From contig CAWCKW010000012.1 in NCBI GenBank assembly GCA_963796285.1, positions 1,024,001-1,088,000 on the forward strand: DNA of 64,000 nt, read 5' to 3'. Positions 11,000-22,789 of this stretch are shown here, piece after piece (the first letter of the stretch is position 1; every line of letters starts with the position of its first letter). The position numbers and the translations under genes were made by a program. Under the pieces are notes generated by a model. The model was not told the DNA's origin. It saw nothing but the letters and a program-made list of their open reading frames with translations, and did not search any database. The stretch is from Nitrospirota bacterium. Its GTDB lineage: Bacteria; Nitrospirota; UBA9217.

Positions 11000-12594
11000 T
11001 CACGAGACCTTGAAGTCCATGATGCGGTTGGATTCAGGATGGATCACATGCACCGTGCAGGCAAGGCACGGGTCGAATGAATGCACCACGCGCATGACCT
11101 CCAGCGGCTTCTCCGCATCGGCGACAGCGGTCCCGATAAGCGCTTCTTCAATCGGTCCGCGCACTCCGTTGTCGTCCCGCGGACAGACGTTCCATGTCGT
11201 CGGAACAACACACTGGTAATTCTTGATTTTCTTTACCTTCCACATCGATCCAGTGCCCCAGGGCGCCGCGCGGGCGCTTCCCAGAGCCCGATGCCCTGCG
11301 CTTTATCCGGGATCTTGTAGTCGGTATACACGGCCGTATTGCCCTTTTTAATGTTTTCGATGATGTCGATGCCCCACTGATACATGGAGTCAGCGACCAT
11401 CTTGCATTCCAACGCCCGGGCAGCGATCCTGCCGATGATGCCGAAGAGCACTTCGGGATGTCCGGGATGGCCGATCTTGGCAAGTGTGTCATCAATCAGC
11501 TTCTTGGCCGTAGGCTGGCCGGATGCATAGGCAACGACCATGCGCGCCAGGGCGCCGACCTCCATGGGCTTGCCCTGAAGCCGCGGCGCTTTGGCCCAGG
11601 TATATTTCTTGTTCGAATCGTATTCAGTATATTCCGGCTCCGTCACACCAACAGCCGGGTTGAGCGGCTTCGAGCCCTTATACCAGCTGTGGGCCGTGTG
11701 CTCCATAACATCCTCCGGCTTGGCATCATGGACCTTCGGGAAATCGGAGGCAAAGATCGCGCCACGGGGCAGCAACCGCTTTTTGGGATCAAAAGATGCG
11801 TCCTCGAACACACCCCAGGAGAGGAAATTTGCCGGACCTTTGCCCACGCCTGCGGCGCCAAGGTAGAAGGGCGCGATAGCCAGCAGGTCGGCGATGAATA
11901 CGCTATCGATCCAGTCCTGAAGCTCTTTCACTCTGAAGAGATAATTCTTCAGGTCGTCCACCGTCGGCACATGCGTTACGCCTCCGGGAGGGCTCGTCAT
12001 GGTCATCGGCATCCTGCCGCCGAAGAGCGCGCTCACCTGGGCAGCTTTTGCCTGCATTTCGAGCGCCTCCAGATAGTGAGCCACGGCGATAAGGTTGACG
12101 TCCGGCGGCAGTTTGTATGCTGGATGGCCCCAGTATGCGTTCGCAAAAGGACCAAGCTGGCCGGATTCGACAAACGATTTCAGTTTTGCCTGCACCTTTT
12201 TCAAGGATGCTTCTTTGGGCTGAGCCTTGAGCGCCGAGACAACATCGACATAATCAAGCGCGTTCAGGTGGTAAAACCAGAGGATGTGAGAGTGAACGAA
12301 CTGAGCCCCTTCAATGATATTTCTGATGATGCGGCCGTTGTCAGGAGGTTTGATCTTGAAAGCATCATCCATGCTCATTGACGATGCATGTCCATGCGAG
12401 GTCGGGCAGACACCGCAGATCCTCTGGGTAATGTGCCAGGCGTCCCGCGGATCCCTCCCCTGCAGGATGATCTCAAAACCCCGGAACAGCGTTCCGGTCG
12501 TCCATGCATCCTTGACCTTGCCGCCTTCGATCTCGACATCGATCCTGAGATGTCCTTCGATTCTGGTAAACGGGTCTATGGTTATCCTGGCCAT
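11000..12594 (-). CDS. [NiFe]-hydrogenase large subunit, group 1 (1a-like motifs); frameshifts ~11235-11270
   Basis: IDPFTRIEGH; L1 QRICGVCPTSH; L2 SFDPCLACTVH followed by a cleavable C-terminal extension. Confidence 0.95.
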
Positions 12595-13705
12595 TATTTT
12601 TTACCTCCGTCTTTCTCTTTGGTCCTGCCTGAAGCCCCTGTTGCAACTGGCATGCACCGCAATGCCGGCCACCGTTGCCGCCGCTGCCACCGCGCCGAGT
12701 GTATCAGCGCCGGCCTCGACACCGCCCATACCCGGGAATCTTGACGCCCGGGAGCCGCTCATAGAACCCGGCAAACTTGTCGGTCCAGCCCCGCTCTGCG
12801 CATCCGATGCAGGGTCCGCCTGCCTTGATGCACCAGCTCGTTCTGTCGTTATACTGGATCTTCGGACATGCCGAATAGGTCATAGGACCCTTGCAGCCCA
12901 TCTTGTATAGGCAGTAATTAAGGGCCTCTTCCTGAGACCCGAACTTTTCCACGAATCTGCCGGCATCAAAATGCGCCCTTCGTTCACAATTATCATGAAT
13001 TGTCTGGCCATAGAACATGATGGGCCGACCGAATCTGTCAAGATCGGGAATTTTCCCAAGGAGGAGGAAATTTACGACCACACCTACAAGGTATTGCGGG
13101 TTCACGGGACAGAGATCGAGGTTAACGAGCGGCTTGCTGATGCCGACCCGTTTAAGCGCCTCTGCAGTCCCAATGATCTGGGAAGGATTCGGCTTGGCTG
13201 CCGGCACACCGCCGTCGGTAGCACAACTGCCAATGGCAAGGATCGCGACAGCGGGCGCTGCATTTATCTTGAAGACCTCGAGCATTTCCATGTTGCCGAT
13301 CATGCCATGGCCTTTTTTCGTGGGGATGCCGCCTTCAACGATCAGGATGTAGCCGCCGTCCTTCCGGGACTTGGCCAGTATTTCTTCTGACTGTTTTCCG
13401 GCTGCGGCCATGATCGTCTCGTTGTAATCAACGCTCAGGATATCAAGAATGACTTGGGCAGGGCTTGGGTAGGTTGCTTTGATAAAGGCCTCGGTGCAAC
13501 CTGAATCGGATGCGAAATTAAGCCAGATGACAGGTTGTCTCTTTGATGCTTTTTCCAACGCTGCTGCTATTTTAGGGATGAATGCTTCAGACAGGCCAAG
13601 AAGGGCGGCGGTTGCACCACAGTACTTCAAAAAATCTCTTCGCTTAATACCATGAAACTCAAGCGCATCAAGAAACTGCTTACTCACTTCATCTTTCTTT
13701 CCCAT
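12594..13705 (-). CDS. [NiFe]-hydrogenase small subunit with Tat signal and C-terminal membrane anchor; frameshifts near the 3' end
   Basis: KRRDFLK Tat motif; SDSGCTE, GSCA, LCP, HDNC, CLYKMGCKG, WCIKAGGPCIGC; shifted frame encodes LGAVAAAATVAGIAVHA; AAGGAGG RBS. Confidence 0.93.
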
Positions 13706-13814
13706 ATTGAATCCTCCTTATATATATCTGGGGTGGAATAGCGAGAAATCCGACGAGCAGTGTTTTGTTAGTTTCTCCTGAAAAAGTACTATTAGGTTTT
13801 TTTATTATGTAATA

Positions 13815-13844
13815 ACTGTATATCGAGCAATTAGTCTTTGTCAA
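13815..13844 (-). promoter_or_regulatory. Putative sigma-70 promoter of the hydrogenase operon
   Basis: Minus strand TTGACA (13844-13839) followed by TATACA (16-bp spacer) or TACAGT (18-bp spacer). Confidence 0.5.
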
Positions 13845-13893
13845 GGCAAAATGATGCTTTTTATATCATCACCGGAATTGCCATAATAAACAT

Positions 13894-14739
13894 TTATTGA
13901 GATGCCTGCACTAATCTCGATGACTGTCCAAATACCCAGGCGATTCCAAATCCTGCCATAAAAGAATGCTTGGTGTTCATCAACGGACTGTCCGCGAATA
14001 TGGCCCCTGTCAGCTCGTCGTAGCGCGCAAATGCGCCGAACCAGACATGGTCAAAACGTTTGCTTATTGCGAGGATCAAAAGTGTACCGCTATACCCGGA
14101 TTTGGCATCATAGGAGGGACGGACGTCGGGAATGGCATACTGCGGGGTGACCTGGTAGTAATAATCATGGTATTGTTCTGTGGCGAAGATCGGTCCCAGC
14201 GCAAAACCAAACGCCCACCCTCGACCCGAACCAATGTTCTTGAAATCAACATTGAGCTGTGGATTAACGACAAAACCGATGCCCGATACCCGAGAAAGGT
14301 CCGTGGCCGTGGCCATCACGGCGCGGACTGGAAAACGGATCTGCACCGCCTGATCCGCTTCACAATCACGAACCAGACAAACATCCAATGACGGTCCTAT
14401 CTGGAGCGTTGGGTCGAGATTCGGCATATTTATGCGCGAGGAGTTCCTGCCGCTCCGTACCGGTACCCCGCCATCGGCGCTGATATTCAATTCCAGTCGA
14501 TCCGACTGGAACAGCAGGCCGCGCATCCCCTTTCTGTCCAGTTTCAGGATGTCTCCGCGGTACACGATGTATGGCAAAGGGAATAGATAATCCCGCTGCT
14601 CGTTCGAACCCCGGTAATCCGGTATGCTCAAACCCGTAAATCCCAATCCAGCTTCCCAGAGCGGCAACTCCTCCGCGCCGCAAAGAGAAACCAGGAACGC
14701 GCACAGAAAACCGGATACGAAAATAATGGATTGCTTCAT
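13894..14739 (-). CDS. MipA/OmpV-family outer membrane protein
   Basis: Signal peptide; PDYRGSNE..FPLPYIVYRG; HDYYYQV; SPLM near the C-terminus. Confidence 0.85.
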   Translation of the reverse strand: MKQSIIFVSGFLCAFLVSLCGAEELPLWEAGLGFTGLSIPDYRGSNEQRDYLFPLPYIVYRGDILKLDRKGMRGLLFQSDRLELNISADGGVPVRSGRNSSRINMPNLDPTLQIGPSLDVCLVRDCEADQAVQIRFPVRAVMATATDLSRVSGIGFVVNPQLNVDFKNIGSGRGWAFGFALGPIFATEQYHDYYYQVTPQYAIPDVRPSYDAKSGYSGTLLILAISKRFDHVWFGAFARYDELTGAIFADSPLMNTKHSFMAGFGIAWVFGQSSRLVQASQ

Positions 14740-14743
14740 GAAG

Positions 14744-15070
14744 CTATTTAAAGGTTTTGAGGATATACGTCGCTATTTCTCCAGCATCCTTGTCCGAGAG
14801 GGTCTTTGCATCGAACGTAGTCATACCCGGGCCCGGTTTTCTCACGATCTTTACGATATCGCCTTCGTTCTTAATGTTGTTTGCCATGAGGTCTTTTTTA
14901 TGCAGGGTCTTCTTTGCATTGATGATATTGCTTCCATCCGGGTGACACAGAGCACAGTGCTCTTTAAATTTCGCTTCGCCGAGGTCTGTCGGTGCCGGTT
15001 TTTCCGCAAACGCGGCGGTGCCGACACCCAAAATAGATAGTACGGCTATGGTGATTATTTTTCTCTTCAT
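14744..15070 (-). CDS. Monoheme class I cytochrome c (c6/c553-like)
   Basis: Signal peptide MKRKIITIAV; CALCH; axial Met in PGPGMTTF. Confidence 0.9.
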   Translation of the reverse strand: MKRKIITIAVLSILGVGTAAFAEKPAPTDLGEAKFKEHCALCHPDGSNIINAKKTLHKKDLMANNIKNEGDIVKIVRKPGPGMTTFDAKTLSDKDAGEIATYILKTFK

Positions 15071-15298
15071 GGTATTTCTCCTTTTCGTTGTTTGAACTAG
15101 ACCCATTGCAATGTTACTATTATATCTAAAATTACTTCTATTGCAAGAAAGTAAACCGATACTTATACAGCAATCAATTTCTAAGCAATATGAATACATA
15201 TAGTGTTACGTCTTCAACACGATAAGATACTGAATAGCATGTCATCCTGTTTTTATCCTGCAATCTTGTTAAATCTGTTTTTGTATTGCCAATCCTGA

Positions 15299-16165
15299 TC
15301 AGGAATCTGTGTGTACGGTGAGACGCGAGTGGATCACCAGATATCCGGAGAAGAGAATAAGAATGCCGCCGATCAAGGCGACGGATGAAGGAGTTTCTGA
15401 CAGGAACAGATAGGCGAGCGGAATAGCGGCGAGCGGCTCCATGTAACCGAGGATCGCGGCATGCTGAGCCATGACTTTTCTCAGCGCGCTGTAGTAGAGC
15501 AGCGGCGCAAGAGTGGAATGGAATACGCCGGTGATCAGTAGAAGACCCGCCGCGCGATAGTCAACATGATAGTGCAGAAACAAAGCCCACGGCGCCGTCA
15601 CTATCGTCGTGGTCCAGGGCAAAATGACTACCGCCTTGTGATGAAGCCGCATCCGGCTCAGTTTTCGTGAAAAGATTATGATAAACGCATAGGCGATCCC
15701 GGAAATCATCCCGGCAATGATCCCGGACGTATCACCCGTGCTGGTCCGGAGGCCGCCACCGGCCATTACGATCATGACCATGCCGAGCGCTGCAATGGGA
15801 AGGGAAACAAGGGTCACTTTCATAAGCCGTTCTGCGATTATGAGCGGAGCAAGAACGGCAACGAACAGCGGAGCAGTGTAGTGGGTAAAAACGGCGTTCG
15901 AAACCGTGGTGTGCGCCAATGAATAAAAATATGAGACATTGTTCGTGACCGATGATGCCACGAGTAACCCGAAAATCCACCACGCCTCCCGGACCCCCGA
16001 AAGGGCGAACTCCCCCCTTATTTTCAGAACCACCGGAACCGTAAAGCTCGCGACCAGGGATGTATAAAAAAGAACAACGACGGCGGGAAGGGCAAGCCAG
16101 CGGATCAGGAGACCCCAGGTGCTCCAAATCAGCATGGCAGCGATAATTTTTATGTAGTTGTTCAT
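15299..16165 (-). CDS. DMT/EamA-family transporter
   Basis: About 10 TM helices in two repeats; YTAPLFVAVLA and YMEPLAA. Confidence 0.88.
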   Translation of the reverse strand: MNNYIKIIAAMLIWSTWGLLIRWLALPAVVVLFYTSLVASFTVPVVLKIRGEFALSGVREAWWIFGLLVASSVTNNVSYFYSLAHTTVSNAVFTHYTAPLFVAVLAPLIIAERLMKVTLVSLPIAALGMVMIVMAGGGLRTSTGDTSGIIAGMISGIAYAFIIIFSRKLSRMRLHHKAVVILPWTTTIVTAPWALFLHYHVDYRAAGLLLITGVFHSTLAPLLYYSALRKVMAQHAAILGYMEPLAAIPLAYLFLSETPSSVALIGGILILFSGYLVIHSRLTVHTDS

Positions 16166-16341
16166 GGTGTGAAAATAAAGAAGCCAGAGGTCAGAAGACA
16201 GAATCCAGAATATAATAACTCTGACCTCTGCGTCCTTACCCCTGGCTCCCGATTCCTGACCCTGTCGATTGTTACCTGCCTATGTACCCATTTCCCTAGA
16301 TACAAGGTACTGTTTCTGCTCCGGGTGAGCTTGTCGATACG

Positions 16342-17738
<1,397 letters not shown>

Positions 17739-17761
17739 AAAGCTCTCCATTCAGGTTAATG

Positions 17762-17850
17762 AATGGGCGCCGTTGCTGCATGTTGAAGCACCCCATCGAG
17801 CCTGACAGACCCACCTTGCGGTGACTGCTGCAGCGCCCCTCGACGGGGTG
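17762..17850 (-). ncRNA. SAH riboswitch
   Basis: Minus strand CACCCCGTCGAGGGGCGCTGCAGCAG...CTGTCAGGCTCGATGGGGTG...AACGGCGCCC fits the SAH aptamer core and pseudoknot; directly upstream of ahcY. Confidence 0.9.
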
Positions 17851-18029
17851 GGTTGATGTTTGAATTACAGTCCTGCGTCTGCGCGCAATGCGGCCAGATG
17901 ACGCTGTTCTTGACGATCCGCCCGTGAATGCATTCCCACGATCGAATTCACCACAGCGCTGCGCACCGTTCATCCACTCATGCCTAGCACGTACTTCTTC
18001 ATTAACGGAGTCCAACGCTATCACGCGAA

Positions 18030-19187
18030 TTACACTCCCGCTTCCTTCTTGAGCTTTGCGGCCTTGTCCGTCTTTTCCCAGGTGAACTCAGGCTCGGTCC
18101 TGCCGAAGTGGCCATACGCCGCGGTCTTCTTGTATATAGGCCGCCTGAGGTTCAGCGTTTTCACGATGCCTTTAGGCGTCATGTCAAAGTTCTTTCTGAT
18201 GATCTTGACAAGTTTGTCATGATGGATCTTGCCGGTACCGAAATCGTCCACGTGGATGGAGACCGGCTCGGGTACGCCGATGGCATAGGCCAGCTGCACT
18301 TCCACCTCGGTGCAGAGACCGGCTGCCACGATGTTCTTCGCAACATAGCGGGCCATGTACGATGCGGAGCGGTCGACCTTCGTCGGGTCCTTGCCCGAGA
18401 AGCAGCCGCCGCCGTGGCTGCCGACGCCGCCGTAGGTGTCCACAATGATCTTGCGGCCGGTGAGGCCCGTGTCTCCCATGGGACCGCCGGTCACGAACCT
18501 GCCGGTGGGATTGATGTGATAGATAATGGTTTTTTCATCGAGCAGTTTCTTCGGGATCACCGGAAGGATCACCTTCTCGATGATCTCCTTGCGCAGTTGC
18601 TTGAGTCCGACATCAGGACTGTGCTGGGACGAAACCACGATGGTGTGGAGTCTGTAGGGTTTGCCATTCCTGTATTCGATGGTCACCTGGGACTTGCCGT
18701 CCGGCCTCAGATAAGGAAGGATCTCCTTCTTTCGCACTTCCGACAGGCGGCGGGTGAGCTTGTGCGCGAGCATGATGGTCATGGGCATCAGTTCCGGCGT
18801 CTCGTCGCATGCATAGCCGAACATGAGGCCCTGATCACCTGCCCCTCCGGTGTCCACGCCCATGGCGATATCAGGAGACTGCGAGTGGACCGAAGTGATG
18901 ACCGCGCAGGTCTCGGAATCGAACCCGTACTTTGCCCGGGTGTACCCGATGTCCTTAATGGTCTTCCGAACGATATCCGGGATCTCCACGTATCCCTTCG
19001 TCGTGATCTCGCCCGCAACCATTGCGAGACCCGTGGTCAGGAGCGTCTCGCAGGCCACACGGCTCATGGGGTCCTGTGCCAGCAGCGCGTCAAGGACCGC
19101 GTCCGAAATCTGGTCGGCTATTTTGTCCGGATGACCCTCGGTTACCGATTCCGAGGTAAAGAGATAATTCTTATTAATGCTGCTCAT
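18030..19187 (-). CDS. metK: S-adenosylmethionine synthetase
   Basis: [37 protein letters not shown]. Confidence 0.98.
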   Translation of the reverse strand: MSSINKNYLFTSESVTEGHPDKIADQISDAVLDALLAQDPMSRVACETLLTTGLAMVAGEITTKGYVEIPDIVRKTIKDIGYTRAKYGFDSETCAVITSVHSQSPDIAMGVDTGGAGDQGLMFGYACDETPELMPMTIMLAHKLTRRLSEVRKKEILPYLRPDGKSQVTIEYRNGKPYRLHTIVVSSQHSPDVGLKQLRKEIIEKVILPVIPKKLLDEKTIIYHINPTGRFVTGGPMGDTGLTGRKIIVDTYGGVGSHGGGCFSGKDPTKVDRSASYMARYVAKNIVAAGLCTEVEVQLAYAIGVPEPVSIHVDDFGTGKIHHDKLVKIIRKNFDMTPKGIVKTLNLRRPIYKKTAAYGHFGRTEPEFTWEKTDKAAKLKKEAGV

Positions 19188-19227
19188 CTGATCTCCTCCT
19201 GGCCTGTACGGCCATAAAAATTTCGCT

Positions 19228-19255
19228 TTTATATCACAGCTGCAATTTTTGTCAA
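19228..19255 (-). promoter_or_regulatory. Putative sigma-70 promoter of metK
   Basis: Minus strand TTGACA-N16-TATAAA with TGn extension. Confidence 0.5.
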
Positions 19256-19268
19256 GGGAATATTTTTC

Positions 19269-20312
19269 TTATATCAAGAACATCATCGCCGCGGCCCCAA
19301 GGACGGCAAATGAGGTAGTACAATACATTAAGCGGACTGACTTTTCAATATGTTTTTTGTCAATCCGGTTTATCGCCTCACCGATGAAGGGTTTGAGACT
19401 CGGTATCCCCGCGTAGGTTCCTGGCCCGCCAAGGCGTATGCCCAGCGCGCCCGCCATAGCAGCCTCAGGGTACCCACTGTTCGGGCTTGGGTGTTTGTTA
19501 CGGTCGCGGAGCATGATGTGCCAGGGGCTAGCAAGTGCGGAGCTCGGGGTTCGGAGTTCAGAGACCGCCTCTCCCCTGGAGGGAGAGAGTTGAGGTGCGG
19601 GGGAAACGATGGTATTCAGTCCGCGCAATATTTCCGTTGCCAGGCATATCAGCACTGCAGTTATCCGCGCCGGGATAAAATTCGCAATATCATCCACCCT
19701 TGCCGCTGCCCAGCCGAAGTTGATGTATCTTTCATTCCGATATCCGACCATAGAGTCAAGGGTATTCACTGCTTTGTATGCAAGGGCAAGCACCGGTCCT
19801 CCTATGGCCAGATAGAAGAGCGGAGCTATCACGCCGTCGGACGTGTTCTCCGCAACGGTCTCGACCACAGCCCTGGCGATGTCCTGATCATCAAGGTCCA
19901 TCGTGTCCCTGCCTACGATCATCGAGAGCTCGGTCCTTGCCTGTGCAATCTCCCCGGCATCGAGATGCCTCATCACCGCCTTTGCGGCATTTCCCAGATC
20001 TCTCGCCGCAAATGTTGTATAAGTAAGAAAAACGGAAAGGGCGAAACCGAAAGAAAGCGAAAACCGGAAGAACGAGCGGATCAGGAATTGTGACAGGAAA
20101 GAGACCAGCGAAACAATGAGAACGACAAGAAGAACACCTGCGGCTTTTTCGGCTAACGGGGTTTTCGCGAAACGCCTGAGGACCTTTTCTGTCCTCTGGA
20201 TCGTCCATCCAATACCACGGACAGGATGCGGGAGCCAGCGGGGATCGCCGAGGATGAGATCAACGGCAAAAGCAAAAAGGAGAATGGTCCCGTTCAAGGC
20301 GAAATGCTGCAC
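19269..20312 (-). CDS. cbiB: Adenosylcobinamide-phosphate synthase CbiB, with an in-frame repeat-derived insertion
   Basis: GDPRWLPHPV, IVGRDT, AENTSDGVIAPLFY, NTLDSMVGY, HPSPNSGYPEAAMAGAL. Confidence 0.95.
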   Translation of the reverse strand: MQHFALNGTILLFAFAVDLILGDPRWLPHPVRGIGWTIQRTEKVLRRFAKTPLAEKAAGVLLVVLIVSLVSFLSQFLIRSFFRFSLSFGFALSVFLTYTTFAARDLGNAAKAVMRHLDAGEIAQARTELSMIVGRDTMDLDDQDIARAVVETVAENTSDGVIAPLFYLAIGGPVLALAYKAVNTLDSMVGYRNERYINFGWAAARVDDIANFIPARITAVLICLATEILRGLNTIVSPAPQLSPSRGEAVSELRTPSSALASPWHIMLRDRNKHPSPNSGYPEAAMAGALGIRLGGPGTYAGIPSLKPFIGEAINRIDKKHIEKSVRLMYCTTSFAVLGAAAMMFLI

Positions 20313-20327
20313 CTCTTTGATCTCCGC

Positions 20328-21503
20328 CTACCGTATTCCTTCGTTAATTTCTTTGTTCAATTGTAAGCGATCAAAAGGGACGACCTGCGCGACAAAGCTA
20401 GCGATACCCGGCAGGGGCTGTAAATAACGCACCTCGAAGTTGACTCTTCCCTTCGGCGGGATGACAAGGCCTTTCCCCTGAAGAATCTTCGCTTTTAATT
20501 CCTGCACATTCGCGCCTCGCTTGGCCAGGATATCGTAATCACGTTGGCTGAAGATCTGGTTGCCGTTCAAGAGCCTGATTTTGGAAAGGACAGCGCCCTG
20601 GGCATCATATACCTCTAGAACCACATACCAGTCGGCCCGTTCCGTGTCGGCGGCGTTTTCAATGATACCGGTAACAAGCAAATCTCCATTTGCATTCACA
20701 GTACCTGCGGGGTTTACGATCTGCAGTCCTTCGATCGAGGTGATCTCATGGGTTGGCTCTTGCACTTTTTTTTGCGGAGATGGCGGAGAGGATTGAAGAT
20801 AGACAAGAACACCATACCCTGCAAGACCGAGGATGATAAGCGTTCCGAACAGGACAAAAATCATTCTTCCTGAACGGGAAGGTGTCGAAGGAGAGACAGA
20901 TTCCTTCACTGTTCGTTCCGCCGCAGGCGAAACCGTCGGAGCTGCGGGACGTGGAGTTTCCTTTTTAGGCTTTGACGATTGGGCTGGCTGTGTTGGGGAA
21001 GTCGCAGCTTGTGACTCCTCTGTCATCAATAGTTTTGGCTCCGGCTGCGGTTCTGGCTGCGGTTCAACGGGAGGTTCAGCTTTTGGGATAAACAACGTGA
21101 GGGGCTTCGGCTGAGGCACAACAGCCGGTTCAGACCCTGAAACCGCTGCAACCTCAGATCGAACTGGTTCGACAAAAATCGGGGCCTCTTCTTCCCGCGC
21201 ATCCCCACGAGTGGATGATGCGGCAGTCTCAAAGGTCATTGCATCCCAGGCCGGAGGAGGAGTCTCTTTGGAAACAGGTCCCTCTGTTTCCGGCGACAAA
21301 GGCGCTGTGGGGGGGCTGGGCTTTGGTTCGAACAGGTCGAGAACGGAAACAGTGCTCCGCGACAGAGTGTAATTCTGCAAGTCCTCTTGAGTAATCCTGA
21401 CGTATTCACCGCAGCGCGTGCACGGAAACTTGATCCCTCTTCCGGTGATTTTGTCATCCGAGACACGGAATAGTTTATTGCATGCTCCACACCGAACTTC
21501 CAT
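20328..21503 (-). CDS. Zinc-ribbon (MJ0042-like finger) protein with Pro-rich linker, one TM helix and a periplasmic domain (DUF3426-like)
   Basis: MEVRCGAC...FPCTRCG; Pro/Glu-rich linker; TM IFVLFGTLIILGLAGYGVLVYL; LLVTGIIEN. Confidence 0.75.
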   Translation of the reverse strand: MEVRCGACNKLFRVSDDKITGRGIKFPCTRCGEYVRITQEDLQNYTLSRSTVSVLDLFEPKPSPPTAPLSPETEGPVSKETPPPAWDAMTFETAASSTRGDAREEEAPIFVEPVRSEVAAVSGSEPAVVPQPKPLTLFIPKAEPPVEPQPEPQPEPKLLMTEESQAATSPTQPAQSSKPKKETPRPAAPTVSPAAERTVKESVSPSTPSRSGRMIFVLFGTLIILGLAGYGVLVYLQSSPPSPQKKVQEPTHEITSIEGLQIVNPAGTVNANGDLLVTGIIENAADTERADWYVVLEVYDAQGAVLSKIRLLNGNQIFSQRDYDILAKRGANVQELKAKILQGKGLVIPPKGRVNFEVRYLQPLPGIASFVAQVVPFDRLQLNKEINEGIR

Positions 21504-21693
21504 GCTGCGCATCCTCCTGATAATAGGACAAATCGCAATTTCTAATATCACTATCCGAAACAAGACCGAATAACTGCATTCAAAACCTGTTGAGTTTAAA
21601 TTTGAATTTATTCAGCATAACGTGCGCGAGAATCCTTAATTGCCCTATTGTAGTATATTTTTAATAAATAATCTACACTTCCGTATGATTTTT

Positions 21694-21885
21694 TTATTCC
21701 CTGTCTATGTCGTCTTTGTCGGGCATGTCTTGCTTTTCACCGGCAATACGATACTCTTCCGAGGCCCATTTCCCCAGGTCCATCAGTCGGCATCGCTCGG
21801 AGCAGAACGGCCTGAACGGATTCCCGTCCCAGGTTGTACCTTTTTTACACATCGGACAAATATGTTTTTGCGTTTTGTTTTTCAT
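21694..21885 (-). CDS. yacG: DNA gyrase inhibitor YacG
   Basis: CPMC...[23 protein letters not shown]. Confidence 0.93.
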   Translation of the reverse strand: MKNKTQKHICPMCKKGTTWDGNPFRPFCSERCRLMDLGKWASEEYRIAGEKQDMPDKDDIDRE

Positions 21886-21927
21886 CTTTCATCCCGGAGT
21901 CTGATTGTCTGTCTCCCGTCACCTCAC

Positions 21928-22554
21928 TTATTTCAGCACATACCTCATCGGCATTTCCACCCATCCATTTACGTACGGCATGGGCGCAGCACGATACACT
22001 GCGCTGATAGATGCGCTGTCCAGAATTTCGTAGCCAGAACTTTTCACCAATTCAACCGCGTCTACGCCGCCGGAAGGATTGAGCATGAACCGAAGGCGCA
22101 CCACACCCTCCATGCCCCGCTCCCTCGCCAGACGCGGGTAGTGTTTTACCCTCTCGATCGCCTCCACGAGCCCCAGATACTCTGTCGAGACGAGCCCCGA
22201 TTGCGAGCCGCCTGTTCGTCCGGCATCCGGACCGGATAGTGAATGATCGGCATCAGCATCTTCTCCGGCTCCGCTTGGCTGCTGTGCGTATTGTTGTTCG
22301 CTCTTCGTCTCAGATATCAGCGCAGGCTGGTGCTGTTCCACTGCAATATTTTCATGGATGGTCAAATTACGCTTTTTTTTCTGATCGGCCCTCTTGATCT
22401 TTACTGAACTTCCTGGTGCGAGAAGGGTAACTTGAACATTATCAAGACGCGGCATGAACACCTCTCCGGCATATCTGGCAAGCGCAAGAGCGCATCCAAA
22501 GAAGAGGATGTGGCAAAAAATGGAGACCGACAGTGAGCTGCGTATCGTCATCAT
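21928..22554 (-). CDS. tonB: Energy transducer TonB
   Basis: N-terminal SxxxH TM helix; YPRLARERGMEGVV...SSGYEILD. Confidence 0.88.
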   Translation of the reverse strand: MMTIRSSLSVSIFCHILFFGCALALARYAGEVFMPRLDNVQVTLLAPGSSVKIKRADQKKKRNLTIHENIAVEQHQPALISETKSEQQYAQQPSGAGEDADADHSLSGPDAGRTGGSQSGLVSTEYLGLVEAIERVKHYPRLARERGMEGVVRLRFMLNPSGGVDAVELVKSSGYEILDSASISAVYRAAPMPYVNGWVEMPMRYVLK

Positions 22555-22615
22555 AATGGAACCGAACGTTCTGAGACTTGGTATTTATTAGAAATCAGAA
22601 AACAGGAAAAAACAT

Positions 22616-22693
22616 ACCACGGAGGCACGTGTACGCGGAGCATGCTTTTTAATAATCAAGAGGGTTCCCTCGTGCCCGCCGTGACTCCGTGGT
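22616..22693. repeat. Nonamer-array inverted repeat element
   Basis: ACCACGGAG...CTCCGTGGT terminal inverted repeat around an AT-rich core. Confidence 0.7.
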
Positions 22694-22789
22694 CTAAGTC
22701 GTTTTTTTATGAGATCAGCAAAACCAACAAACGCATATTACCTTTCGGAGGTCCTGCATTCCCGCTATCAAATCGTCCACGTATTGTCT

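Noticed and set aside
11040-11085. Possible [NiFeSe] hydrogenase
   Set aside because: The L2 motif is DPCLAC with a Cys codon and no in-frame TGA.
15200-15235. GTGTT-N8-AACAC palindrome as a NikR site
   Set aside because: Half-site spacing is too short for NikR and the site is not next to nickel genes.
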